Below, one piece after another: positions 1 through 8,970 of a stretch of 38,953 nt of DNA. Under the pieces are notes generated by a model. The model was not told the origin of the DNA. It made no database searches and was given only the letters and a program-made list of their open reading frames with translations. The DNA comes from Pseudomonadota bacterium (lineage in GTDB: Bacteria; Bdellovibrionota_G; JALEGL01; DATDPG01): positions 1-38,953 of the forward strand of contig JAZDIZ010000017.1 in NCBI GenBank assembly GCA_043804515.1, written 5' to 3'. Positions within the stretch are counted from its first letter, which is position 1. The number at the start of each line of letters is the position of its first letter. The position numbers and the translations under genes were made by a program.

Positions 1-1251
1 CTCCTCTGGATTGGTGAAAAACGGTCCTTCGATGACAACGACGGGCCCGGGCACTTCTCTTAGAATCATTACATCGTCCCAGCGCAGGTAGATGGCGTCT
101 TCGACGTCGTAACGATACCAGCCGTCCGCGGTCCAACCGGGCCCACTCGAGCTGCCGTGCGTGGTCGAGGGAAGGTTCGTGCTTTCCTGCACGGCCCGAG
201 AGAGCGAATGCGCGAGAGCGAGCGAATCATCGGTGGCTCCACCGAGAACCAGCTGGGTCGCACTGAAGGCCTTGTCCTTACGGCTCATCGCGTCGCGCCG
301 AAACCCGCCGGGGATGCCCGCCGAGATTCCGTTTTCCGGGGAAAATGGTTGTCGCGGCTTAAGATGCGCCGCGTTCCAATGGATGGAGACGTCTGTGACC
401 TGTGGCGTTTTCTCAAGGATGCCCGCTGGAGTTGGATTCGGATTTTCGGTGATCGCCACGCAAGCGCGGCGCGCCAGATCGAACCTTCGGTAATATTCGA
501 AAGCCCGCGTGTAGATAGCGCCGTGAGCCGAAAGCTTTCGGCCCGACTCCGCGTCTTCGAAGAACCGGACCACCGCAGGATCCGCAGTGTTATTCTCCCT
601 GAGAAACTTGAGGAACAGCGGGCCGGTGCCGCGGGGGAACTCGTCAATCGGATTCTCCGTGCGCGTGAAAATCGGCCGGGCTCCCGCCTCCGTCAGCATT
701 TGTCCCACTCGAATCGTGGTTCCCAAAGCCAACCACGCCTCGTTCACCTGTCCGGCGTGGTACCTGTGGAATTTTCCTTCCTCCACAGCCCACGGTTGCC
801 CCAGGACCGTTCCCATCTGTCCTGCGTCGAGAACGACAGACTGATTTCGTAGGCCGGATCCACGCAATGGCGAAGGTGGGGGGAGCAAGGGTTCGTTGTG
901 AACCGTGATCCTGGGCGTATTCGGGTCTCTTTTCGGCCCCAGAAGAACATTGAGCCCGTCCGAAGTCTCCTCTATGTGAGTCCGGCTGTAGTATCGGCTC
1001 GGATCGATCACCTGAAGTTGTTTTCGCACGGTGTCGGCGGTCGTGCTGTCGGCGAGCGTCTGGAAGTACGTAACGACATCCTCGGCCTTTGGGTCGGGAG
1101 CCATCGTCCGAAGGTGGGGGATCATTCGATCGAGACATTGTCTCATCGCGTCGGCGTCGGTCGCGCGCGCGGCGTTAGGGGCAAGGACGCACAAACCGAC
1201 CAGAACCAGGAATATAGTCGGCTTTGAAATACCGAATTTCCACCTACGCAT
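1..1251 (-). CDS. Exported N-acetylmuramoyl-L-alanine amidase (Amidase_3)-like protein, 3'-truncated by the window edge
   Basis: Manual translation (absent from ORF track because no stop falls in the window). MRRWKFGISKPTIFLVLVGLCVLAPNAARA signal peptide, then VVLDAGQMG...VNEAWLAL...GARPIFTR...VSIHWNA...VIEGPFFTNPEE, the Amidase_3 motif order. Confidence 0.7.
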   Translation of the reverse strand, partial: MRRWKFGISKPTIFLVLVGLCVLAPNAARATDADAMRQCLDRMIPHLRTMAPDPKAEDVVTYFQTLADSTTADTVRKQLQVIDPSRYYSRTHIEETSDGLNVLLGPKRDPNTPRITVHNEPLLPPPSPLRGSGLRNQSVVLDAGQMGTVLGQPWAVEEGKFHRYHAGQVNEAWLALGTTIRVGQMLTEAGARPIFTRTENPIDEFPRGTGPLFLKFLRENNTADPAVVRFFEDAESGRKLSAHGAIYTRAFEYYRRFDLARRACVAITENPNPTPAGILEKTPQVTDVSIHWNAAHLKPRQPFSPENGISAGIPGGFRRDAMSRKDKAFSATQLVLGGATDDSLALAHSLSRAVQESTNLPSTTHGSSSGPGWTADGWYRYDVEDAIYLRWDDVMILREVPGPVVVIEGPFFTNPEE

Positions 1252-1348
1252 ACAACCATCCCCTTGCATTCACTGGACCAGACCCAAATACCTGAAAGCA
1301 GGCCTATTTCCCAGCCTGATTTCCCGAGGGTGGGGCGCCCCTGTCCCG

Positions 1349-3127
1349 TCAGGACCGGAGCTTCAAAATCGCTTCGAGGCCTCCGCGGGCGATCGGATGG
1401 TACCGGTCGGCGAATTTCTTGAAAATCTCGAGGGCCAACGGGCGAGTCTTCTCTCCCTCGAAGAGAGCCCGGTAGATCGGTTTTAAGAACTTCATGCGCC
1501 CCACGGATCCCAAAAACTCGCGGATCTTGGGATAGGCGGGCTCATACGCCGAGTTAGCGGCCAGAACACACCACCAATTCAGAAACTCCGCGTTCCGGCT
1601 CTCGCTGAACCGGAAACTCTCATCGAGCCACCGGCAATCCTCGTGCGGAAGTTTCTTAGGCAGCTCGCCCAAATAGACGAGCCACTCACGAACAGGCCAT
1701 TTGCGGGCTTTTTCGGGGTCAGGCCGCGCCCCCTTCGGCCAACCGGCCGCCAAGCTTTTCAGCTCGTTCAAGCGCTTCGATTCGAACTCGGGCGCGTTCT
1801 TCGGGAGGCCCGGCTTGTAGATCCATTCTTGGGCGTCTACTTTTTTCGCAAGGCCGGGAAGTTTCTCCTCCAGGAACGCCAGGAACTCCTCGGTCGTGAT
1901 GGACGTGAATTTGAAGCGCTCGATGTATTGTTGGATGAACTGCCCCCATTTTTCACGCCCGACCGTCTGTTCGAGAAGCGTCACGAAGGAACAACCCTTC
2001 TGGTACGGCACCTGTGAATAGATGTCGTCGGGATCCACGCCCTTGAGATCGTGCTTGAGGCACGTGTAGGGGGACCCCTCTCCGAAGCGTTTCATGTCCT
2101 CTTGAAGTTCCTGGCGACCGATCGTGGAGGCCAGAGCCAGAGCCTCTTTCCCCTCCAAGGCTTCCAGGATGCGCTGTTCCGCCCATACCGTGAACCCCTC
2201 GTTCAGCCAGAAATCGTTCATGGATGCATTGGTGACCAGGTTCCCCGTCCAGGAGTGCGCCAACTCGTGGCAGAGAACGTTCACAAGAGAGCGGTCGCCG
2301 GCCAGGAGCGTGGGCGTCAGGAACGTGAGGCGCGGATTCTCCATGCCGCCGTAGGGAAAGGCGGGCGGGAGGACGATGAAATCATAGCGATCCCATAGAT
2401 ACGGGCCGAAGAGTTTCTCGGAGGCCGAAAGCATGGAATTGATCGGTTCGAATTCCCACGCCGCGGCGTCCAGCGTTTCGGGTTCGGCATAGACGCGTGT
2501 CCGGGGCCCCAGGTCCCGGTGGGCGATGGAGCCGACGGCGATCGCCACCAGATACGACGGAATCGGCTGGGGCATTTCGAACGTGTATGTCGTTTTTCCC
2601 GGCGAGGCTTTCGTTTCCTCCCGGCCGGGAGCGGCCGACATCACGGCTGTGAGAGGCTTGGGAACGGTCACCGTCGCCCGATAGCTGAAGCGCACGGCAG
2701 GTGAATCCTGAAGCGGCACGATCGACCGGGCGTGGTGCGACTGACACTGGCTGAAAAGGTACGGGAGCTTGCGGCCCGCCGTGTTGGACGGCTCAAGCCA
2801 TTGAAGGGCCGACGCTTTCGGCGACGTCGCATACGAGATGGTGATGGATGCGATCGCGTCCTCGGATGTGATGCGGAGGCGTTGGCCCAGAATCGGGTCG
2901 CGGTCGCCCAACGTCCATTTTAGCGTCTTGCCGCGGTCGTCCGTCGCCTTGAGGATCTCCAGATCCCTCGTGTCCAGATCGATCGCGCCGCGCAAAGGCT
3001 CTTTCAGCGTGAGGATTACCTCGCCCGCGATTTTCTTCTTCTCGAAGTCGACGTCCCAGGTGAGGTCCGCGTGTCGAATGCGGCCTTGGTCGGTATCGGT
3101 GTACGAATGAGGATCGTTTTGCGCCAT
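1349..3127 (-). CDS. M1 family zinc aminopeptidase (leukotriene A4 hydrolase-like)
   Basis: GGMEN exopeptidase motif, HELAH..NEG zinc motif, LTA4H-like C-terminus (VGRMKF). Start at MAQNDPHSY after GGAGG. Confidence 0.93.
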   Translation of the reverse strand: MAQNDPHSYTDTDQGRIRHADLTWDVDFEKKKIAGEVILTLKEPLRGAIDLDTRDLEILKATDDRGKTLKWTLGDRDPILGQRLRITSEDAIASITISYATSPKASALQWLEPSNTAGRKLPYLFSQCQSHHARSIVPLQDSPAVRFSYRATVTVPKPLTAVMSAAPGREETKASPGKTTYTFEMPQPIPSYLVAIAVGSIAHRDLGPRTRVYAEPETLDAAAWEFEPINSMLSASEKLFGPYLWDRYDFIVLPPAFPYGGMENPRLTFLTPTLLAGDRSLVNVLCHELAHSWTGNLVTNASMNDFWLNEGFTVWAEQRILEALEGKEALALASTIGRQELQEDMKRFGEGSPYTCLKHDLKGVDPDDIYSQVPYQKGCSFVTLLEQTVGREKWGQFIQQYIERFKFTSITTEEFLAFLEEKLPGLAKKVDAQEWIYKPGLPKNAPEFESKRLNELKSLAAGWPKGARPDPEKARKWPVREWLVYLGELPKKLPHEDCRWLDESFRFSESRNAEFLNWWCVLAANSAYEPAYPKIREFLGSVGRMKFLKPIYRALFEGEKTRPLALEIFKKFADRYHPIARGGLEAILKLRS

Positions 3128-3242
3128 GATTCGCCTCCAAAAGAAATACCCTAACGAGTTCCAAGGAAGTTGCGAAGGATTCTTCTTCCCCTTTGCCTGC
3201 CGCGCGAATTTGTGGCAAAGGATGCCCCGAGCGGAGGACGAA

Positions 3243-3668
3243 ATGATCAAACGAAATGCTTCGGCCGTATGGCAAGGAAGCCTGAAAGACGGAAACGGGA
3301 AAATCTCGACGGACAGCGGAGTTCTCAAAGGAACGCAGTATGGATTCACGACCAGGTTCGAAAACGGGAAGGGGACGAATCCCGAGGAACTGATCGCGGC
3401 GGCGCACGCCGGCTGCTTTTCCATGGCGCTCTCGGCTCAACTCGGCGACGCGAATCTGACGCCGGAGAGCATTGCGACTACGGCTTCGGTAACGATGGAG
3501 AGATCCGACGCGGGGTGGGCGGTGACAAAGGTTCATTTGGATGTGAAAGCCAAGGTACCGAGCGCCACAAAAGCGGCGTTTGAAACGGCGGCGAACAACG
3601 CCAAGACCGGGTGCCCGATCTCGAAGCTTCTCAAAGCCGAGATCACGATGAACGCGGTCTTGCTCTAA
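3243..3668 (+). CDS. osmC: OsmC family peroxiredoxin
   Basis: MIKRNASAVWQG...GTNPEELIAAAHAGCFSMAL...CPISK; GGAGG upstream of ATG 3243. Confidence 0.93.
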   Translation: MIKRNASAVWQGSLKDGNGKISTDSGVLKGTQYGFTTRFENGKGTNPEELIAAAHAGCFSMALSAQLGDANLTPESIATTASVTMERSDAGWAVTKVHLDVKAKVPSATKAAFETAANNAKTGCPISKLLKAEITMNAVLL

Positions 3669-3866
3669 GCTGAGCAATAGGGAGCCGGAAGCAAGCCCCG
3701 GAGTCCGGTGGCCGGAGTCAGTTATCTGGAACCGGATCGGGAAAAAATATCAGGCAGTAGGCAAACAGACATCGGTCCCTGTATCGGGTAACAGGCAACA
3801 ACACGTTTTACGGATCCCGGATCACCGGGACCGAAACCACTGCCAGCTGCCCGATGCCGGGTCTTT

Positions 3867-5516
3867 TTACGCGTGACCTGACGACTTGAGGACCGGGCCC
3901 TGGTGGACTTGTTCCAGGTATTCGGCCATCGGGATCTGGTACTTCGCTTCCAGCTTTTCCCGGAAATAGGGCCCGGCATTGAACGAGCAAAACGGATAAA
4001 TCTTCCCGTCCTGGGCGGAATAATGCACCAGGCACCGCTTCACACGCTCCACGTCGTAGTTGTAATGGTCCATGAAATGCATGCCCGCGATGAACAGCGT
4101 CGGATAGCAGTACTCCTGCCATCCCTCGCCCCGGGCAACATCTTTGCTCCGGTATCCGTCCAGGCTCTGCAGGAACCGGGTCCATGTCAGACCCTTGGGA
4201 GCTTTCTTCTCGTCGAAGTGCCTCTTTAGGATCTGATAGACCTTCACTTTCGTATACGTCTCGAAGGTCGTCGGCTTGGTATTCCCCGCCAACTTGTCGA
4301 TGTCGAGCACCAGCGATCTGTAATCCAGGAACTTCATCATGGCGGTGGCCTTTTTGTCCTTGTCCACGAAAACATATCCGCCGATCGAGCAATGGGGGTG
4401 ACATGTGAAGCTGGTGGCCTCCCGGCCCTTCAGCGCGGTCTGAAGCTTCGAGAAGGCCGAAATCGAGGCCAGCGGCATCCAATCCCGCTCCACCTTCATG
4501 AGACCGTTGGTTTGCTTCTCCACGTCGTGGGCCAGATCACCCAGGGTGTACCGGCGCCGGTCCAGCTCTTCCTTCGAGATCCGTCCGGAGAAACACACCG
4601 GCTGGAAGCTGATGCCGGTCGTGACGTCCACGTTATCGATGCCGTATCGGACGATGTCCCCCACCTGATGATCGTTGATCCCCTTGACGAGCGTTGGCAC
4701 CAGAACGACGCGTCCGCCGGCGATCCTCATGTTTTCGACGGCCTTCAGCTTGGTTTCGACGAGCTTCGCCCCGCGGGTCTGCATGTAGATGTCTTCGTCG
4801 AAGCCGTCGAACTGGAGATAGAGCGTGTGGAGTCCGGCGTCCACCGCCTGCCTGGCGAAATCAACTTTGGCGAACCGGATTCCGTTGGTGGGGCATTGGA
4901 TATGAGTGAACCCCATCTCCTTGGACTTGCGGATGATGTCGAGGAACCGGGGATGAAGCGTGGGTTCGCCTCCGGCGAACTGGACGTATTGGCAAGGGAC
5001 CGGACGGAGATCCCGCAATTTTTGAAGCATTCCGACCACTTCGTCGAACGTCGGTTCCAAAACCATCCCCGAAACGTTGGCGTTGGCGTAGCAGATGGGG
5101 CACTTCAAGTTGCAGCGGTTGGTGAGGTCCACCATCCCGATCGAAGTGTGGCTGGTGTGCAGATTGCACATGCCGCAGTCGGTCGGGCACGTTTCGGAGT
5201 CGGTCACGGGGGGATTCGAAAACCCGCGGCCGTCGCCGAACGTCCACTTTTCGACTTCTTGATAGAGCTTTGCGTCCCGAAATACGAAATAAGTCATCGG
5301 ACCGTGCTCGGGGCAAGTCTTGTCCATCCAGACGTTTCCGTCCCTTTCGACGAGGGTGGCGTCAATCACCCGGGAACATTCCGGACAAAGGGAGGTCGTG
5401 AGTTTCGGCAGTCCGAGTGCCACAGGGGCAATCGGCGAGCCGCAATAAGTGCTCAATTGGTCCTGGGTTTCGGATTTTCTGGGTCGGATCAATCTCTGGA
5501 GAATGGGCAAATTCAT
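3867..5516 (-). CDS. Radical SAM enzyme of the tetraether synthase Tes / GDGT-MAS (MJ0619) family
   Basis: SLCPEC...KTCPEHG, CPTDCGMCNLH, NRCNLKCPICYANA (CxxxCxxC), QFAGGEPT, YLQFDG, HPHC, MHFMD..YDVERVKRCLVHY, IYPFC. Confidence 0.85.
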   Translation of the reverse strand: MNLPILQRLIRPRKSETQDQLSTYCGSPIAPVALGLPKLTTSLCPECSRVIDATLVERDGNVWMDKTCPEHGPMTYFVFRDAKLYQEVEKWTFGDGRGFSNPPVTDSETCPTDCGMCNLHTSHTSIGMVDLTNRCNLKCPICYANANVSGMVLEPTFDEVVGMLQKLRDLRPVPCQYVQFAGGEPTLHPRFLDIIRKSKEMGFTHIQCPTNGIRFAKVDFARQAVDAGLHTLYLQFDGFDEDIYMQTRGAKLVETKLKAVENMRIAGGRVVLVPTLVKGINDHQVGDIVRYGIDNVDVTTGISFQPVCFSGRISKEELDRRRYTLGDLAHDVEKQTNGLMKVERDWMPLASISAFSKLQTALKGREATSFTCHPHCSIGGYVFVDKDKKATAMMKFLDYRSLVLDIDKLAGNTKPTTFETYTKVKVYQILKRHFDEKKAPKGLTWTRFLQSLDGYRSKDVARGEGWQEYCYPTLFIAGMHFMDHYNYDVERVKRCLVHYSAQDGKIYPFCSFNAGPYFREKLEAKYQIPMAEYLEQVHQGPVLKSSGHA

Positions 5517-5766
5517 AACACCACCTTGCCGGACGGAAAGCAGTCTCTAAAGGGCGGTACTTATACAGAAACTGGCCAAGATTGGAAGTGCGGCTTCCAT
5601 GGGGAGCCATATAATGGAGTAGAGGTCTTCGGAGTCTGAGCGTTCATAACGAAACAATAGCTGTTAGGCTGTCTCATCTTGTAGGATTTTCTCATAATTA
5701 CAATGGGCTTGGCCTGAATACAGGGCGCAAGATCGAGACGTCGGAAAAAAATAGACCCGGGACACG

Positions 5767-6330
5767 ATGAGAGAGTTCATTCAAGCGCACGGTTTTTGGG
5801 CGATCGCCGCGGGGTCCACGGTCCAAAGGGGCGTAACGAACCTTCTTGGAGGCGTTCTCGCGCATGCGGAGCCTTTGAGCCTTTGGTACACGGCCCTCGC
5901 CGGGTTCATCGGCGCTGTCGCCGCCGATACGGCATGCTACGCGATCGGTCGATGGTTCAGCGCCGGCGTGAGCCGGTGGCGGTTCTTGGATCGTGGCCGC
6001 GAAACATTGGCCGCCTTTGTAAGTCGGTTCGGACCGTTCGCAATTACCCTTTCCCAATTTCTCTATGGCCTTCGGACCGTAAGCATGACGATGTGGGGTA
6101 TTCAGAGAACCCCGTTCCTTCGGTTCCTCCTGTTCGACATGATCGGTTGCGCTTTGTTGGTAGTCCCGCTGAATGTGGTGGGGTATTCCCTGAGTACCGG
6201 CGCGGCCGCGATGCTCGGCCGGGCGCCTCACCTGTGGGGTTGGTTGGCGGTGCCACTGGGTGTTTTTCTGGTGGCGTTTTACACTTGCCTCATTGTGATC
6301 CGGCGTAGGCTGCTTCGGGGTATGCGCTGA
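5767..6330 (+). CDS. DedA family membrane protein
   Basis: GAVAADTACYAIGRW, SQFLYGLRT, FLRFLLFDMIG pattern; multiple hydrophobic helices. Confidence 0.8.
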   Translation: MREFIQAHGFWAIAAGSTVQRGVTNLLGGVLAHAEPLSLWYTALAGFIGAVAADTACYAIGRWFSAGVSRWRFLDRGRETLAAFVSRFGPFAITLSQFLYGLRTVSMTMWGIQRTPFLRFLLFDMIGCALLVVPLNVVGYSLSTGAAAMLGRAPHLWGWLAVPLGVFLVAFYTCLIVIRRRLLRGMR

Positions 6331-6352
6331 GGCCGGGCGACTGCAGGCGCCG

Positions 6353-6601
6353 TCATTTCTTGGGAATTTTAGGTCCCTTCGAAGGCAAACGCGCCTCTTC
6401 CTTCCCGGTGGCCGCGACGATTTCCAGCTCGTCGCTCATGACGCTTTGGTCCTTCTGCATCTCCGCGATCATGGCTTCGAGATAGCGGATCTTCCTATGG
6501 ACGAGGGCAAGGGCGTAGAGGATACAGAACGCCGTCACGATCAGAATCGCGATAACTACCAGATCATCGGGCGTCCAAAAATCGAGGAATGCCGCCAACA
6601 T
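6353..6601 (-). CDS. Small single-pass membrane protein with coiled-coil tail, function unknown
   Basis: Hydrophobic N-terminal helix then LEAMIAEMQKDQ; fits the gap between neighbours. Confidence 0.55.
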   Translation of the reverse strand: MLAAFLDFWTPDDLVVIAILIVTAFCILYALALVHRKIRYLEAMIAEMQKDQSVMSDELEIVAATGKEEARLPSKGPKIPKK

Positions 6602-6669
6602 GGGCTCAGAATAGCGCCTTGCGGAGCCGGCGTCCTAAGGATTTCAGCCCGGATCAATCCTGAGGAGGG

Positions 6670-6870
6670 TTACCCGATCTTGGATTGGAAATTGGTTTTC
6701 TTGTGTGCGCCGTCACAAAACGGTTTCTTGTCGCTGCTGCCGCACCTGCAGAGCGCGACGGGCGTACCTTCACTCGAAGCCACAACCTTTCCCGCGGCGT
6801 TGATAAGCTCCCATTCTCCCGAGAGCAGAATAGGTCCGTTGTCGATGCACTTGAGTTCCGTCTTTTTCAT
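6670..6870 (-). CDS. CDGSH iron-sulfur domain protein
   Basis: NGPIL...ALCRCGSSDKKPFCDGAH motif; start at MKKTELK. Confidence 0.9.
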   Translation of the reverse strand: MKKTELKCIDNGPILLSGEWELINAAGKVVASSEGTPVALCRCGSSDKKPFCDGAHKKTNFQSKIG

Positions 6871-7047
6871 GTCGGCACGCCCTTCCAGGGTTTCGGGACA
6901 GAGTACTCGACGTTCCGGAAAATAGAAGCGCTTCCGGCAAGCCCGATCGGGCAACCGAGTCCGCCTCGGACGCCGCGCCCGGCGCTATAAAGGTACTTTA
7001 CTAAGGTTGTAGTTCCCGCCTAAAAGGTCTATTTACGCCCGCTCCCG

Positions 7048-8949
7048 ATGGACCGTTTCCGAAACATCTGCATCATCGCGCACGTCGATCACGGAAAGAC
7101 GACACTCGTGGATCATCTCCTGCGCCAAGCAGGCACCTTCAAACAACACCAGCACCTCGAAGAACGGGTGATGGACTCGATGGATCTGGAGCGCGAGAAG
7201 GGGATCACGATCCTCGCGAAGAACACGTCGGTGCGGGTCGGGAAGACCAAAGTAAACATCGTGGATACCCCGGGGCACTCGGATTTCGGCGGCGAAGTCG
7301 AGCGGATCATCAGCATGGTGGACGGCGCGTTGTTGCTCGTGGACGGAGCGGAAGGACCGCTGCCGCAGACCCGGTTCGTCCTTCAAAAGGCCCTGGCCCG
7401 AGGCCACAAGATCATCCTGGTGATCAACAAGGTGGACCGGCCGGAATGCGTCGGAACGCCGAGGATTCAGGAGGTCGTGAACCAAACGTTCGATCTCTTT
7501 GTGGAGCTTGGCGCCACGGAGGAACAAGCGGAGTTTCCCATCCTGTACGCGTGCGCCCGTGAGGGGTGGTGTACGCTCGACGAGGAGGACATTCCCCGTC
7601 TTCTCTCGGGCGAGAAAAAGGGGACGCTTCGGGCCCTCTTCGAAAAAATTCTGGAATACATTCCGCCTCCCAAAATCGAAAAAGGCGCCCCATTCCGGAT
7701 GCTCGTGTCGAACCTGGCTTACTCCGACTACGTGGGCCGCCTTGCGATCGGACGCGTGGTGTCGGGGAGCGTTCGTCCGGCGACCAAGTTGGTCTGTCAC
7801 GGCCTCACGGACGACGACAAACCCCACCATGAGGGGTTCATGGTAACGAATCTCTACACGTTCGAAGGCTTGAAACAGCGGGAAGTGGAGGAAGTCCCGG
7901 CCGGCGAGATCGGCGTCGTGGCCGGCTTCGAGGAGGTCGAGATCGGCGATTCCCTCACCGAATCCGAAGACATCCCGCCGCTTCCCCGGATCACGGTCGA
8001 AAAACCGACCATCTCTATGGTCTTTTCCATCAACACGTCGCCGTTCTCGGGGCGGGAGGGCGAGGCGATCCAGTCCCGGAAGCTGCGCGAGAGGCTTCTT
8101 CGCGAAGTGAGGCAGAACGTGGCCCTTCGCTTCGAGGATCTTGGCGCGGCCGACCAATTCCGGCTCCTGGGGAGGGGAGAGCTCCAGATGGCGATCCTCA
8201 TCGAGCAGATGAGGCGGGAAGGGTTCGAGTTCATGGTCGGCAAGCCGGTCGTTCTTTTCAAAAAAGACGAACGGGGAAAGATCCTGGAACCCATGGAACG
8301 CGCCGTTCTGGACCTTCCCGAGATCTACGCCGGGGATGTCACCCGGATGTTCCAGGAGCGGAAGGGCCTGTTGATGAAATACGAACGGCTCACGAGCCAC
8401 GAAACGGGGGAAAAGAAACGCGTCAGATTGGAAATCGAGATTCCGACCCGGGCGCTTCTGGGCATGAGGTCCCGATACCTCACGGGCACCCGGGGCGAGG
8501 GGCTTTTCTCAACGCTGATCGTCGGCTATGCGCCGTTTCGGGGGGACATTCCCCACCGGACGAACGGCGCCCTGGTTTCCGATCGCGAGGGGGACACGGT
8601 GGAGTACGGCCTTCTGGGTCTTGAAGACCGGGGGATGCTCTTCGTGGGGCCCGGCATCGCCGTCTATGAGGGGATGATCGTGGGCGAGCACGCCAAGGAC
8701 AACGATCTCAACGTGAACGCCTGCCGCGAAAAGAAACTCACGAACGTCCGCGCGGCGCATGCCGAGGTGCTGGTCACGCTGGCCGGAATCCGGACGCTGT
8801 CGCTGGAAGAGTCGATCGAATGGATCGACGAGGACGAATGGATCGAGGTCACACCCAAGACGATCCGAATCCGCAAAAAAGTGCTCCCCAAAAACCTGCG
8901 CAGCGTCGTGCGGTCCCAACGGATCAGCCATCCTCAGCCGGACGAATGA
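7048..8949 (+). CDS. typA: Translational GTPase TypA/BipA
   Basis: RNICIIAHVDHGKTTLVD, EREKGITILAK, DTPGHSDFGGEVER, GRGELQ, KKLTNVRAA, EVTPKTIRIRK. Confidence 0.96.
   Translation: MDRFRNICIIAHVDHGKTTLVDHLLRQAGTFKQHQHLEERVMDSMDLEREKGITILAKNTSVRVGKTKVNIVDTPGHSDFGGEVERIISMVDGALLLVDGAEGPLPQTRFVLQKALARGHKIILVINKVDRPECVGTPRIQEVVNQTFDLFVELGATEEQAEFPILYACAREGWCTLDEEDIPRLLSGEKKGTLRALFEKILEYIPPPKIEKGAPFRMLVSNLAYSDYVGRLAIGRVVSGSVRPATKLVCHGLTDDDKPHHEGFMVTNLYTFEGLKQREVEEVPAGEIGVVAGFEEVEIGDSLTESEDIPPLPRITVEKPTISMVFSINTSPFSGREGEAIQSRKLRERLLREVRQNVALRFEDLGAADQFRLLGRGELQMAILIEQMRREGFEFMVGKPVVLFKKDERGKILEPMERAVLDLPEIYAGDVTRMFQERKGLLMKYERLTSHETGEKKRVRLEIEIPTRALLGMRSRYLTGTRGEGLFSTLIVGYAPFRGDIPHRTNGALVSDREGDTVEYGLLGLEDRGMLFVGPGIAVYEGMIVGEHAKDNDLNVNACREKKLTNVRAAHAEVLVTLAGIRTLSLEESIEWIDEDEWIEVTPKTIRIRKKVLPKNLRSVVRSQRISHPQPDE
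8802..8926 (+). repeat. typA 3'-end direct repeat, copy 1 (inside the intact gene)
   Basis: Near-identical to 14962..15068 (GAAGAGTCGATC...TGGATCGAGGTCACACCCAAGACGATCCG...CCCAACGGATCA). Confidence 0.9.
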
Positions 8950-8970
8950 AAGAACAAAGAAGGCCCGCGC

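Noticed and set aside
157..1227. Plus-strand ORFs 157..852 and 898..1227 and the minus ORF 644..1138
   Set aside because: They shadow the amidase-like frame, which has a signal peptide and family motifs.
3128..3424. N-terminal extension of the M1 peptidase ORF, and of OsmC from 3126
   Set aside because: The extensions overlap the divergent gene; better starts with RBS exist at 3127 and 3243.
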